Origin: Octopus sinensis
Lineage: Eukaryota
Length of the DNA stretch: 64,000 bases
Assembly: GCF_006345805.1 (NCBI RefSeq)
Contig: NC_043002.1
Span: 69,254,001 to 69,318,000 of the forward strand
Direction: 5' to 3'
Positions 1 through 37,324 of this stretch are shown here, piece after piece. How positions within the stretch are numbered: position 1 is the first letter of the stretch; every line of letters begins with the position of its first letter. Both the position numbers and the translations under genes were made by a program. The notes under the pieces are model-generated. The model worked only from the letters and a program-made list of their open reading frames with translations, made no database searches and was not told the DNA's origin.

Positions 1-280
1 ATTGTGAGCTTAGAATGTCCTCAAGGCAATGCTACTGTCCACGTTAAGAACCATTGGTTTGAATAAGCATATTCTGTGCTTACAAATAGTGGAAAAAATG
101 TGAAATGGATAATTTTGTTTGAGAAGTGTAGCAATTTCACACCCTGAATAAACAATGATACCAGCAGCTGTGAGTTTCAGGGATTAATACAATGCTACTT
201 TAATTGTTGGAGAGCAATTACTCATCAAAGATAATGATACTAATTAGCAGGTTTAGGTGAGATGGTGAAAAATGACTTAC

Positions 281-24845
<24,565 letters not shown>

Positions 24846-25599
24846 CTAAAAAAAAATAAGAAAATAAAAATCATTTAAAACAACTTCAAATAAATAATTT
24901 TTAGCTGTTGCTAATTCTAAAAGACAAGCATAGACAAGATGTTAAACATGGACTGGGATGCATAGATGATAAAAGTAACGATCATGGGTAACTACGGAAA
25001 ATGATATGGAAGGCTGAGAGCTATAAGGTGAATATAAACAAAATGGTATCGTCAAAAACACTTTCACATAACTCTGCCTGATCGGTATCTTTCTATACCA
25101 ATCCAACAAAGGCAATTATAGGATAGAGACGATTTAAAAAATTTTAAAACTACAATGAGAAAATAATTTTACCAACTTATATCGTTACGTAATACACCTT
25201 TTCTGACGAGAGTAGAAAAGAAACCAACCGCTCTTATGGTCAAAAGTTATCGACGGTTTTGCTAGCGATCACGTAGAAAAGTGTGGTAACACGCATTAGA
25301 ATATCAGTACCTATCTATTTACCTATCTTAGCTTGAATAAATACCTGGGAAGATATTTACAGAGCGTGCGAGAATGAAACAATTCAACATAAGCAACATA
25401 GGTGAGTAACAACACTAGAGGAAAACATAAGCAATCTATTCTGCAAAATCAAACGGCTAAATACTATTATAATGTGTAAGGCAAATAATAAGTTCACAAC
25501 ATATAGGAAAATTAGCAAATATGCACAGAGGTCCTACACTAACTCTCGAGTGAAAATTTATTACTCTGAAACATGAATTCGAAACCTGGAGTAAAAAAC

Positions 25600-25830
25600 T
25601 GCTCTATCGTAGACAATTTTTTTAGAAAGAGCCAAAGCAAACCGGAAGTTTACTTTCAATCCACAAGTCGCATACATCAGAATTAAGGGGAAACAGCACC
25701 ATAGTGAAAAGGTCTCTTTCCCAGGAAGATCTAAAATCATATTGCTCTAAGATCTGGGACGAAAGTAAAGATTTCAATCGTAATGCACCATGACTAGGTA
25801 CTATACATTGCATTCTGTACCAATATCAAT
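25600..25830 (+). mobile_element. Possible decayed R4/Dong-like non-LTR retrotransposon fragment
   Basis: QNRKFTFNPQVAYIRIKG...SQEDLKSYCSKIW...DFNRNAP resembles the QNRLF..NQ..FY...FWS.IW....HN..A.W segment. Weak. Confidence 0.35.
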
Positions 25831-26193
25831 AATAATAATACTGTTAAAATTGATGCTGAAACTTCCATTAAAGCTGCTGGAAAACTGCATAAAGGGATAT
25901 AACTAATCAGGAATCTCATAGTTGGTTACCGGAACAACATATTGTCTTTTTATAGAAACTCGTATGTATATGTAGGATGTCCAATTGGCATATCAAACTA
26001 GCTTGCTTAAGCACGAACAAACCTTGTAACTACGAATGAAATCATTGCTTTAGCAGTGAACTATAGGCCAATAGCCAGCCTTAACACTGTGCACAGTGAG
26101 TGAAGGGAAAGTTTACGAACATAAACAAAAGACGAAGGCAGGTGGAGTACAAACAAACAAATGTATTAGTATAGCGCTCAGGAATAGAAAAAG

Positions 26194-26231
26194 TCTTTTA
26201 CGTTTCGAGCCTACGCTCTTCGACAGAAAGA
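26194..26231 (-). ncRNA. Hammerhead-like motif with A6U core change (family GAGC/GCTC, ACGT)
   Basis: TCTTT-CTGTCGA-A-GAGC-GTAG-GCTC-GAA-ACGT-A-AAAGA. Confidence 0.5.
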
Positions 26232-26900
26232 TATACAGAAAAAAAAAAACAAGGAGAGAAACAAGGAGAGAAAAAAAAAAGGAGAGAAAAAAATGCGTGT
26301 AGGAGCTAACGATTTATCATGGCGATCTATCATGGCGTACAGTGTGTGAACTGCCTGAACCAAGTCCTTCAAGGCTGTTGTGGCTACACCATTTATTTTG
26401 TCACTTATGAGTTGATGGATGGAAAGAATGGAGCATGGGGATGCACCGAACAACTTTTAATAAATAAAGCTGTGTTGTCAGAAATAACAAAACTGCAGGA
26501 AGTTTGTGACAACGTGGCTTTATTACAGAAAGGCTTTCGATTCCATTCCTCACTCATGGCTACTGATGTCACTCCAGTTGGCTAAAGTACTTGCTGCCTT
26601 GGTTGTTGGTATTAAAAGATTTACAAAGACCTGGACTGCAATCTTCACCAAGTAACTGAAAGTGAAATGGTTGTCTCCAATGTTATATTTCAAAAGAGAT
26701 GCCCGGATAGACGGATAGATAGATAAATAGATATGTATGCATTAATATATATATATGGATATGCGCGCGCGTGTGTAAAGCAAGTATATATATATGTAGA
26801 AATATATAAGTATATATGCGTTTGTGTGCGTGCGTGTGTGTGCTTGTGCGCACGTATATTTCGCAAATGTTTTCTTTTCATACTGATGGAGAGAGAGAGA

Positions 26901-26956
<56 letters not shown>

Positions 26957-28274
26957 AAGAAAGCGAGCGCGAGGGAAATGTGATCTTTTATTTTGTTATT
27001 TGTACAATTTTCTTCACATGAAACTAAAATCTCTATTTTTATATCGCAATGTTATGCGCATCGTTTCATTGTTTCATTGTGAGAAAATATCAAAACTAAT
27101 TTAATTAATTATGCATCCCTCCTCGCCTGCCCTATAACCAAGGTCAGTTTAGTATATCATTGTTATATTCTCCTCAGTATCACAGTTGCTAGGGTTTAGA
27201 AGGGGATTCTAGTGTCAACGCAATCCAGTCTGCTCTGTTTTGTACTGTCGAAGTGCATTCCCTCGTCACACCACAGAGAGAATGACCATTGTGTGTGTGT
27301 GTTTGCGTGTGTGTGTTTGCGTGTGTGTGTTCCTTTTTTGCTTTATTAGAATTCTTCGTAGATGGAAGGAACTGCGTTCTAACTAAAAACCAAAGGTCAA
27401 TCGCTGAAATTTGGACAATAGCAACGATAAGTATGAAGTGTAGAACTATAGTAAAATCGCGCATATTTTTGCGGTTCCCCTTGCAAATTCTATTCGTAAA
27501 ATGTTAACCAGTCTCTTCCTTTGGCTGAAATTCTTAACTTTTTCAGACTATCGCTTTGGCATTTACTAATAGAACCAAGTGCACCAATAATTATTTGCTT
27601 AAATGAGAATTTCTAATCAGGGTAGGTGAATTGCATGTTTCGAAGCAGTTGTCCACAAATATTCTCCTTCTCGCTGAAATAAGATGAGACGTTCACATCT
27701 ACCGCTACCTTCGTCTATAAAATTCTTTTTCTTTTCTGTTCCAGATAACAATAGCTGGCCTACTATTTGCACCAAGTAGAAGGTTTGATGGAAATGTTCC
27801 ATCCATATTCCTTGTATTGATATGTAAGCCAGTATCCAACAGCAGAGGTGCTGTTAATATTTATACAAAGGTAGTCTTTTTCTGTGGATGACATTGTATT
27901 TTGGTTTACCAACAGTGTCATATTTAATGGGAAGCATTACTTCAATGATATGTTTGGTCAGTTGCTGATTACATGCATTGTGTTCTCCACAGAAGAGAGG
28001 CATAATCGTCATTTACAGTTACACCTTGGGAGTCTCAGGGTCTCATTGTCTTGTGTTGTTCATTAGATATTTCCTCGCCATCTTCTGCTCTTAGATTGCA
28101 GAAACATAATCATTGTGGTATGACGTATTGTAACAGCTGAACAAATCGACCCCAGGGCTTATTCTATCTCTTTTGTCGAACCGCTAAATTACGGGGACGT
28201 AAATACACCAGCATCGGTTGTCGAGCGATGTTGGGGGGACAAACACAGACATACAAACATACACACACGCACGC

Positions 28275-28315
<41 letters not shown>

Positions 28316-28986
28316 CGACGGGCTTCTTTGAGTTTCCGTCTACCAAATCCACTCACAAGGCTTTGGTTGGCCCGAGGCTATAGTAGAAGACACTTGCCTA
28401 AGGTGCCACGTAGTGGGACTGAACCCGGAACCATGTGGTTGGTAAGCAAGCTACTTACCACACAGCCACTCCTACGTCTATGTTCGCTTCACATTAATTT
28501 TATTGTCCTCTTCGATTCTACGAGTAACATACCCATACATGCAGAACCGTTTTAGCAGCATTATAGGTCCCTAGGCAAAGCAGCACACTGGGCCCTGTAG
28601 CATTTATTTGACAGCAAGCCTGTATACATAGATGAGAATTGGGCCTCTAGACCCGTGGAGCCTCCGGGAAACTGCCCAGTGTGCCATCTTAAGATGGCAC
28701 ATCGTACATCACTTTTTTGTGATATTCTTTTCTTTAATTCTTTTATTTGTTTCAGTCATTTTGACTGCGACCATGTTGGAGCACCGCACTGAAAGATTTT
28801 AGTCGAGCAAGTCATCCCCAGGACTTATTTTTTAAGCCTAATACTTATTCCATCGGTCTCTTTTGTCGAACCGCTACGTTACGGCGATTTAAACACACCA
28901 CCACCGTTGAAACAGATGCCTTTTACTTTGGGAGCGTCATTTTGCCAATAAAATCATAAAGAAAAACGCACTGGTTGTAACTATAC

Positions 28987-29031
<45 letters not shown>

Positions 29032-29541
29032 AGACGGCGAGCTGGTAGAATCGCTAGCGCGCCGGGCGAAATGCTTAGCAGTATTTCGTCTGCCTTTACG
29101 TTCTGAATTCAAATTCCGCTGAGGTCGACTTTGTCTTTCATCCTTTCGGGATCGATAAATTAAGTACAAAGAATGCCAACGAAGGAAAATTTCCGTGTTT
29201 ATTTGACTTATCAGAACGAAAAATCAAATCGCTCACAAATCATGCTTCTGTACAATTTTCGTCTACCCATTTTCAGTCACAAAGCTGACTCAAGGCTATT
29301 GAGAATGACACTCGACTAAAATGTCACGCAGTGAGATCGAAACTGGGACTTCGTGGTAGAAAATACATACATACATACATACATACATACATACATACAT
29401 ACATACATACATACATACATACATACATACATGCATGCATACATACATAGATGTATTTGCGAAAGAGGACAACAAATGCCGGAGCATAGCAAATATTTCA
29501 AGTCATATGCATAATTTTATATTATTCTTGCATTAATCGAA

Positions 29542-29617
29542 GTCTTACAGCTGTTTCTGGGATGTCCCAAGTGATAGGCAAGTATGTCTGAATATAGGGT
29601 ATTCCGTCATCAGAGAC
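29542..29617 (-). ncRNA. Hammerhead-like motif with intact CUGAUGA core (family ACAGCTGT)
   Basis: GTCT-CTGATGA-(extended, degenerate helix II)-GAA-ACAGCTGT-A-AGAC. Confidence 0.6.
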
Positions 29618-29906
29618 AAGTAGAGAACATATGAAAGATCCAGACATGGAAATATTCAGATAAAAGTTTTAGGTACGGACATCCCAGAAACAGCTGTAAG
29701 ACCTCAACTAATGTAAGGATAATATAAAATAATATGAGATATTTATTATGCCTTGGCGTTTATTGTCCCCTTTCACAAATATATATTTGCTAAATCAGAA
29801 TCCTAAAATGGTTCCATAGCTCCCGAGCTTGGAACCTGTTACAATCCGTTACAGCACTTACTCAGCGTACCTATTCGTTTAGATCACCTGTGAACTAAAC
29901 CCCCAT

Positions 29907-29981
<75 letters not shown>

Positions 29982-30074
29982 AATGAGGATAAAATTTCTT
30001 TCGAAAAAATTTTTATCAATGGCCAGCATATTCATATTTGGCATTAGAAATTTTTTCCTTTGCCCTCATTTATG

Positions 30075-30133
<59 letters not shown>

Positions 30134-30714
30134 GTATGTATGTATGTATGTATGTATGTATGTATGTATGTTGTATGTATGTATGTATATACATACACAC
30201 TGCATATGTAATTTGAACAAACATTTTTAGATCACTTACTATCATGATGACAGAAAAAATTAGTTTCAGTTAGATATCTAACATTCTTTAATCCTGAAAT
30301 CCTGGTTAAATAAGATTTTATTGACGTCCTCACTGCCTGCCAACATGTCTGTCTGTTTTTCTGTCTGTGTGGCTGTCTCATCTTCTCTCTCTCTTTCTCT
30401 CTCTCTCATTACACACCCATACACCCATGGACACACATACCTACACATATATAAGAACCCGACCAACAGAAACACAAATAAAGAAACAAAGACAAAATAA
30501 ATGAAAACATTTTTCTAATAACGACTGCCCTGAAATACTTTAATCATTCTTCCACAATCAAGTCAATTTACGAACCAGCCTTAAAGAGAATTAAGCCATT
30601 AGTTAAGTACAAGCATTTGTTTTAGCGAGGTTGTTTTCCCACGACGTCAATGCGTCTATTTTAGACTGTTCACTTCAGAAATCGCATGATTAGCTACGTA
30701 AAGGGTTGGACTGT

Positions 30715-30808
<94 letters not shown>

Positions 30809-30867
30809 TGTATGTATGTATGTATGTATATGTATGCATACACATGGCATGATGACTCTACCTAGAC

Positions 30868-30899
<32 letters not shown>

Positions 30900-30968
30900 T
30901 AAGAATTTTTTGTGTAATGAGATAAAAAACCAAGGCCGTATATATATCAGAACATTTATAGATAGAAG

Positions 30969-31020
30969 GTCTTACAGCTGTTTCGAGGATATTTATTAAT
31001 TATATCCCTTCATCGGAGAC
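30969..31020 (-). ncRNA. Hammerhead-like motif (family ACAGCTGT)
   Basis: GTCT-CCGATGA-A-GGGATAT-loop-ATATCCT-C-GAA-ACAGCTGT-A-AGAC. Confidence 0.65.
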
Positions 31021-31743
31021 GGTGTGAAAGGAAGGTTAAGTAATAGTTAATTTAGATAGGATACAAAATAGAGAGTAAGGTGGAGGAAAGAAAATAGATG
31101 TGAGATTTGTAGGGATATTGAATTTGTAGATCCATTTTTTTAGGCAGAATGGTATATATGTAAGATTCCAATACCTTATGAGAAAAATCCAACAGTATTT
31201 AAAATTGTTCATTCCAAGTATAGAGTTTATATACAATGTAAGGTTCCAATACCTTATGAGTAAGATCCAACAGTATTTAAAATTGGTCATCCAAGAACAA
31301 CCTATGTGTGTATATATGTCTGTATTGTTGACGTAATGAATTTATAAATTCCGAGAGAACATGAAATAATTATTTTTTGGAACAGTGAGTCTCGAAGCAG
31401 GTGAAGCTATAAATAATGCCCTGTAAATATTGGGATAAAACCAAACCCTTTGGATAGAAAAGTCGAATATATATATATGTAAGGATAAGCAAGTTAGGTC
31501 GGGCGATATACAAAGAATATTAAATACATTAAATACAAAAAAATGTATTTTTCTTTACATAGAAAAACGGTCCGACTCACATAGAATTATTGAAATGATA
31601 TCAAGAATTAAAGGGGCTGAAGAAGAGTATTACAAATCCAACAGCTGTTTCTGGGGGCTCGATGGTCTAAAATAATGATTGTAAATTGATTCCATCATCA
31701 AATGGAATCATCTCTCTGTCAACAGTTCAAATATAAGATTTCT

Positions 31744-31787
31744 TCCCTGAAGATGGAGGCTCGTATCACCCAGAAACAGATGTTGGG
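31744..31787 (+). ncRNA. Hammerhead-like motif (family ACAGCTGT, one helix III mismatch)
   Basis: TCC-CTGAAGA-TGG...CCA-GAA-ACAGATGT-T-GGG. Confidence 0.5.
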
Positions 31788-32731
31788 CTTGTAATACTCT
31801 TTTTCAACCCTTTTAATTCTTGATATTTCCATTCTGTGTAAGTTGGACCGTTTTGTATGGAAACATATATACAGTTTTGTATTTAAATGTATTTAATATT
31901 CTTTGTATATCGACCAATCTAATTTGCTTATCCTTACATTTACTCCTCTACTCGCTCAAGTTTAAACCTCTAGAACACTACTAGGTGTATTCTATATGGA
32001 GAATATCTGATTCTCATCTATGAACCACACACACACACACACACACACCCACACACACACCCACACACACACACCTATTTGTGTATATATATGTCTGTAT
32101 TGTTGACGTAATGGATTTATAAATTCCGAAAGAACATGAAATAATTCTTTTTTGGAACAGCGAATCTCGAAGCAGATGAAGCTATAAATAATGCCCTGTA
32201 AATATTGGGATAAAAACAAACCCTTTGGATAGAAAAGTCGAAGGCAGTACGTAGCACTCGAACCTGCATCTCCTGTAGAAATGACAGACGTTCTACCATT
32301 AGACCCAAACAATTCTTCGAATTTCTCTATCATCTAAAGGTTTTCTAAAAACCCAGTGTATTTACAAGCTATTACGTACGGCTTTATCTGCATCGAGATC
32401 CAGTTCTCAAAATGAATTATTATACATTTTCTCGAAAGTTTATAAATTCTTATGACGTCAGCAGCATACAATTCTCGTTGACAAGAACAAATTTTCTAAA
32501 ATGGATAGAAAAATTCGAAGGATTGCTTTGGTCCTATAGTAGAGCGTCAGTCATGTCTTTAGGAGATGTACGTTGGAAACCCACGGGAAGCCTTTGAACC
32601 TTTCTATCCAAAGGGTTTTTACCACAATATTTACACTCTGTTATTTATAGCTTTATCTGCTTTGAGATCCACCGTTCCCAAAAAGAATTATATACACATA
32701 CATACACACGTACATACACACGTACATACAC

Positions 32732-32824
<93 letters not shown>

Positions 32825-33513
32825 TTAATGTGTATGCGAGTGTATATTTGTAGTTTTGGATGTTAAATAACAATAGGTTTCATATTTTGGCACAAGGCCA
32901 GCAATTTTGGGGGCGGGAATAAGTCGTTTACATCGACCCCAGAGCTCAACTAGTACTTATTTTAAAGATACCGAGAAGGATGAAAGGCAAAGTTGACCTC
33001 GGCGGAATTTGAACTCAGAACGTAAGGACGTATGAAATGCCGCTAAGTACTTTAACTGGTGTGCTAACGATTCGGCCAAAATAATTAATAACTTAAAATA
33101 CAATAAAAGAATATTGATGTATATTCGACACTAAAACGTGAATTTCTCTATTATTTATCACCATTTTCATTCAAGCTTATCCTAAATTCTTTCGCCCAAA
33201 AGGTTGACATTATGGTGGAGTTTTGGAATAACTATCACTACTACCCCACGAGGAAGGAAAAAGACACAGAACTGGGAGATGAGTAAAATATCATAAAATT
33301 AATTTTTTTGGAAAAAAGATTTCTTTCAGAATTATAATCTATGTTGTATTAAATGCAAAAATACTAAAAAAGGGGGGAAAATATTAACCCCCTCTCAATT
33401 TCTTGCTCTTTTCCTTTACCCAAGAGGTAGTGATAAGCCATTGCGAAATTTCGCCGACGTTACTACATACCAGCGCTGGCTAGAGGTCATCTAGACAATA
33501 TACATTCCTTTAC

Positions 33514-33583
33514 CATTTTTGTCTTGACTCGACCTACTTTTGGATTCCTTATTTCGTCTTTGCAGGCTGATTTTTCTTTTCAT
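33514..33583 (-). CDS. PHLPP: Putative first coding exon of PHLPP (MKRKISLQRRNKESKSRSSQDKN)
   Basis: ATG at 33583-33581, 23 codons + 1 nt, then donor G|GTAAAG. Phase 1 matches the exon 2 acceptor. Basic/Ser-rich peptide, no homology proof. Confidence 0.4.
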
Positions 33584-34309
33584 ATTTTTTTGTCACTGTT
33601 GCTTAGCATAATAACATTATTTTCAGAATTTTCATTGAATGCTTTCTTTTTTGCTTCTTTTCTAGACATTTTTCTCTTTCCAAGGCCCTCCGATGTTCTC
33701 CCTAAGAACATAATGTATGTATTACATTCCCCAACCCAAACACAGTCATCAAATTCTGTAAAACAGGTCTTCGAACTATCCGAATCAGTGCAAAAATCCA
33801 TGCTTACATTCTAGTTTTGCTCGAAGTCTCTATGAGGTCGTTTGATGCTAGAAATAGCTGCCATATTCTCCTCAGACCACACAGTACCGTATTAAAAGAG
33901 GAAGAAACCATTAGAAACATTAGATAATTAATATAGTCCCAGATAAAACCCAAAATGGCTGGTTATAAGTGGAATACATTGGACCAAAGGTCTTCTCGAT
34001 TCAGTATTGAGTTGTGGCTACACCTTAGCAGGCTCAAGTCTATTTCAATAATATTTCTGAAGCTATATGCAACGACCATCCTTCCCCCATGCACACACGT
34101 TTACACAATACAAGAATAATGAAGACTGTACGTAAAGAAAGTGGATTTTTAAAACAGAGCACTAGCCAACCGGCGCGGCGTGTTTGCAACTGCAGTTTTG
34201 TGCATGGGTAACCTTGGACTTCAGTCTGGTCATATCTACACAATGTCATGCCACTTATTCATTCACACATGCTAGAATAAATATAGTTAATGCACTTGAC
34301 TATTACACA

Positions 34310-35180
34310 ATGAGGGATTTGGAAGACCAACGTATTTGCATGAAATTAGATTTGAGACTATCAAAGAATTTTATGAAAACTCTTCTAATATTGTAACAAG
34401 CTTATGCAGAAGATTGTCCGAGCCATACACAGTTTCATGATTGGTACCGTCATTTCAAATCTAAAAGAATATCAACAAAGACGATCCCCAAATGTGGACG
34501 GCATTCCACAATAACAATCACATTACGAAAGTACATGGAAGTTGTTGCCTGATTGTCCCTAAAGTTTTTTAAGTTGGCATCTGTAAATGTTTGTGCCAAA
34601 TGATTTTAGAAAACTGAAGATGTATTACGTTTCCACAGCAATCTGCTGACAAATGAATAAAGCGAGAACTCAGTCACAGCTAGTCAGAAACAGTTTGATT
34701 GTTCGAATGCTGATGAAGACTTTCTGAAAATCTTCATAAGAAGTGCGAAACGTTGGTGTATGGTTACGCTGTCGGAACAAGCAAAGTAGTTGTTGCAGTA
34801 GGTTACTGCTATCAAAATGAAAAAAAAAAAGATCCTCTTAAATATCAAAAGTATTTTACTTGAATTCCTGCAGCGTTTGGAAAAAGCGATAGGAAAGCAG
34901 AGGTCTGATGCATGGGCAAAAACAAAATACACATCTCCTCAAGCGGCACTTTCTATCCTTGAGTGACGTCTCCGAGCAAAGAATCTATTCAACAGCCGCT
35001 AAACTTTGTTCCTAAAATTGGATTCTATTATGGAAAGTCACCGGTTTCAGATAATAGAAAAGATGGAAGAAAATTCGTTACGAGAAGCCATGCGACGCCC
35101 CTTAAAACGCATTCCGTGAAACGTTCTAAAATGGAAAAGCAATGTTTCTGGAAAGGTAACCCACTGTAGGGAGCTATGAC
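34310..35180 (+). pseudogene. Decayed mariner-family transposase
   Basis: Across frameshifts and stops: DQRICMKL..QAYAEDC.SHTQFHDWYRHFK..DDP..GRHST; NADEDFLKIFI..ETLVYGY; LEFLQRLEKAI; DGRKFVT. TIRs not identified. Confidence 0.85.
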
Positions 35181-35897
35181 GAGACTGAGGTTGCTAACCT
35201 CGTTGGATTATTTATCCTGAATATTAAAAAAAAAAAAGTAAAGAAAAAGAAAAAAGGACGCACTCTTGCGGGACCCTGTTCAGGAATGATGGCTTGGCAA
35301 TCTCGAACCATATGGACCGCCACAACATAGATAAGTTCAGGAAGAATCTTATAAATATCTTCAAAGAATTCAGCCTAATTTAAAACAGTTATCATTGTGT
35401 GTCTGTTTGTCCCCCTACCGCCACTTGACAACAGATGTTGGTGTGTTTACGTCCCCATAAATTAGCGGTTCGGCAAAAGAGCCCGATAGAATAACTACTA
35501 GTCTTACAAAGGATAAGTCGTGGGGTCAATTTGTCGACTAAAAGCGGTGCTCCAGCATGGCCGCAGTCAAATGACTGAAACAAATAAAAGAATAAAAGAA
35601 TAACTGAAGTCAGCATCCTGCTTCTCTACCACATAGAGCTTCAATTAAAAACTGATGTCTCTACATAGTTAAAATACCCACGTGACCTGAACTGACCAAT
35701 GGAGGACTAAATACTCTCCCTTAAGAAACTATTTTAAATTTTTAAGAAATTCTTTTCACTCTGACGGGTTCAGTGCCCACAAAACTGTAGAGGAATTATG
35801 TTAACCTGTTATTAACTTTATACAACTCCAACTGAATGTGTTGAATGCTATTTTCTTTCGTTTATCACCCACTCGTGTGAATTTGTCTCTCAGCCGG

Positions 35898-35995
<98 letters not shown>

Positions 35996-36772
35996 GTGTG
36001 AGCAAGAGAGGGAGAGGAGAGCGAGAAAGAGAGAGAGAGAGAAAGAGGGTGAGAAAAAGAGAGATAGCGAAGGAAAAGTGTGTGTGTGTGTGTTCATGTG
36101 CATGTGTTCATGTGCCTCTACAATCCAATTTCTTTACTACCCACAAGGGGCTAAACACAGAGAGGACAAACAAGGACAGACAAACGGATTAAGTCGATTA
36201 TATCGACCCCAGTGCGTAACTGGTACTTATTTAACCGACCCCAAAAGGATGAAAGGCAAAGTCGACCTCGGCGGAATTTGAACTCAGAACGTAGCGGCAG
36301 ACGAAATACCGCTCAGCAATTCGCCCGGCGTGCTAACGTTAGGATGGGTACCTAGCAATGATTACATGATATTTAGCAGACGAGACAAGTTGGTTACATC
36401 GTCAGATCTGTTACCTTGGTTGATCTGAAAGTTGTAGATAAATGTCCTGATCAAATACACAGCGAAATCACCAATAGACCAGGACTGCCTTCGATGGCTT
36501 AACTGGCCGAAGCTTCGAAGTTACTGTCAACATCAATCTTTGTTTAAGAATAATAAATTTGTACCCTACAAAAGTATAGAGTAACCCATCAGCTTCATGT
36601 AAACTGGTTTTTATCATAGCTGAACATAATATATATACACACCCTTAATCTCACACCCACCACATATATAAGAATCTACACCGGTAACTGTGTATATGAG
36701 CACATACAGACTGATCGGTATAACCTTCAACTCTCTCTCTCTCTCTCTCTCTCTCTGTTTCACACACACACA

Positions 36773-36804
<32 letters not shown>

Positions 36805-37324
36805 TACACACAAGCACACTTATAATTTGAGTAATGGCAATGTCTTTTACTTGATTATTTTATATCTTTATTCTCGTCAGCGACTACTTGATTACAGAAA
36901 ATTAAAACAGGTTTCATTCAGCTATTGTCTTCTAATTACATTGATTTAATAAAATGTTTCCTAATCTCATTAAGACAATTATTTTTTTCGCATTTCCTAA
37001 CAATTCATAGAGACATGAAACGGACTCTATTTCTCAAGATTTATGAAGGAATCATAAGAACGATCCCATGCACTTTCACAAGAGACACCGACGTCTTTTT
37101 ATCAACAAAGTTGAAGGCTGTTTATGGAACATAACCTAATTAGGTTCAGTTTTTCATAAAACAACAGAAATGGATTTTTATGAGTTAGTTGAAATGTAAT
37201 GAAAAATGTTTTACGTTTCTTTAATACCACAATGAATCATTTTGCGTTTATTTTCTTGGTAATTTATTTAATTTATTTGAATAAATTTAAAAAATCATTT
37301 TTGCAAGCTATTATTGAGATTTGG

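Noticed and set aside
25200-25240. CTGACGAGAG...CTC
   Set aside because: No GAAA after the putative helix II.
26211-26453. 80-aa minus-strand ORF as an extra PHLPP exon
   Set aside because: No recognisable homology, runs into a repeat, and no convincing splice pair.
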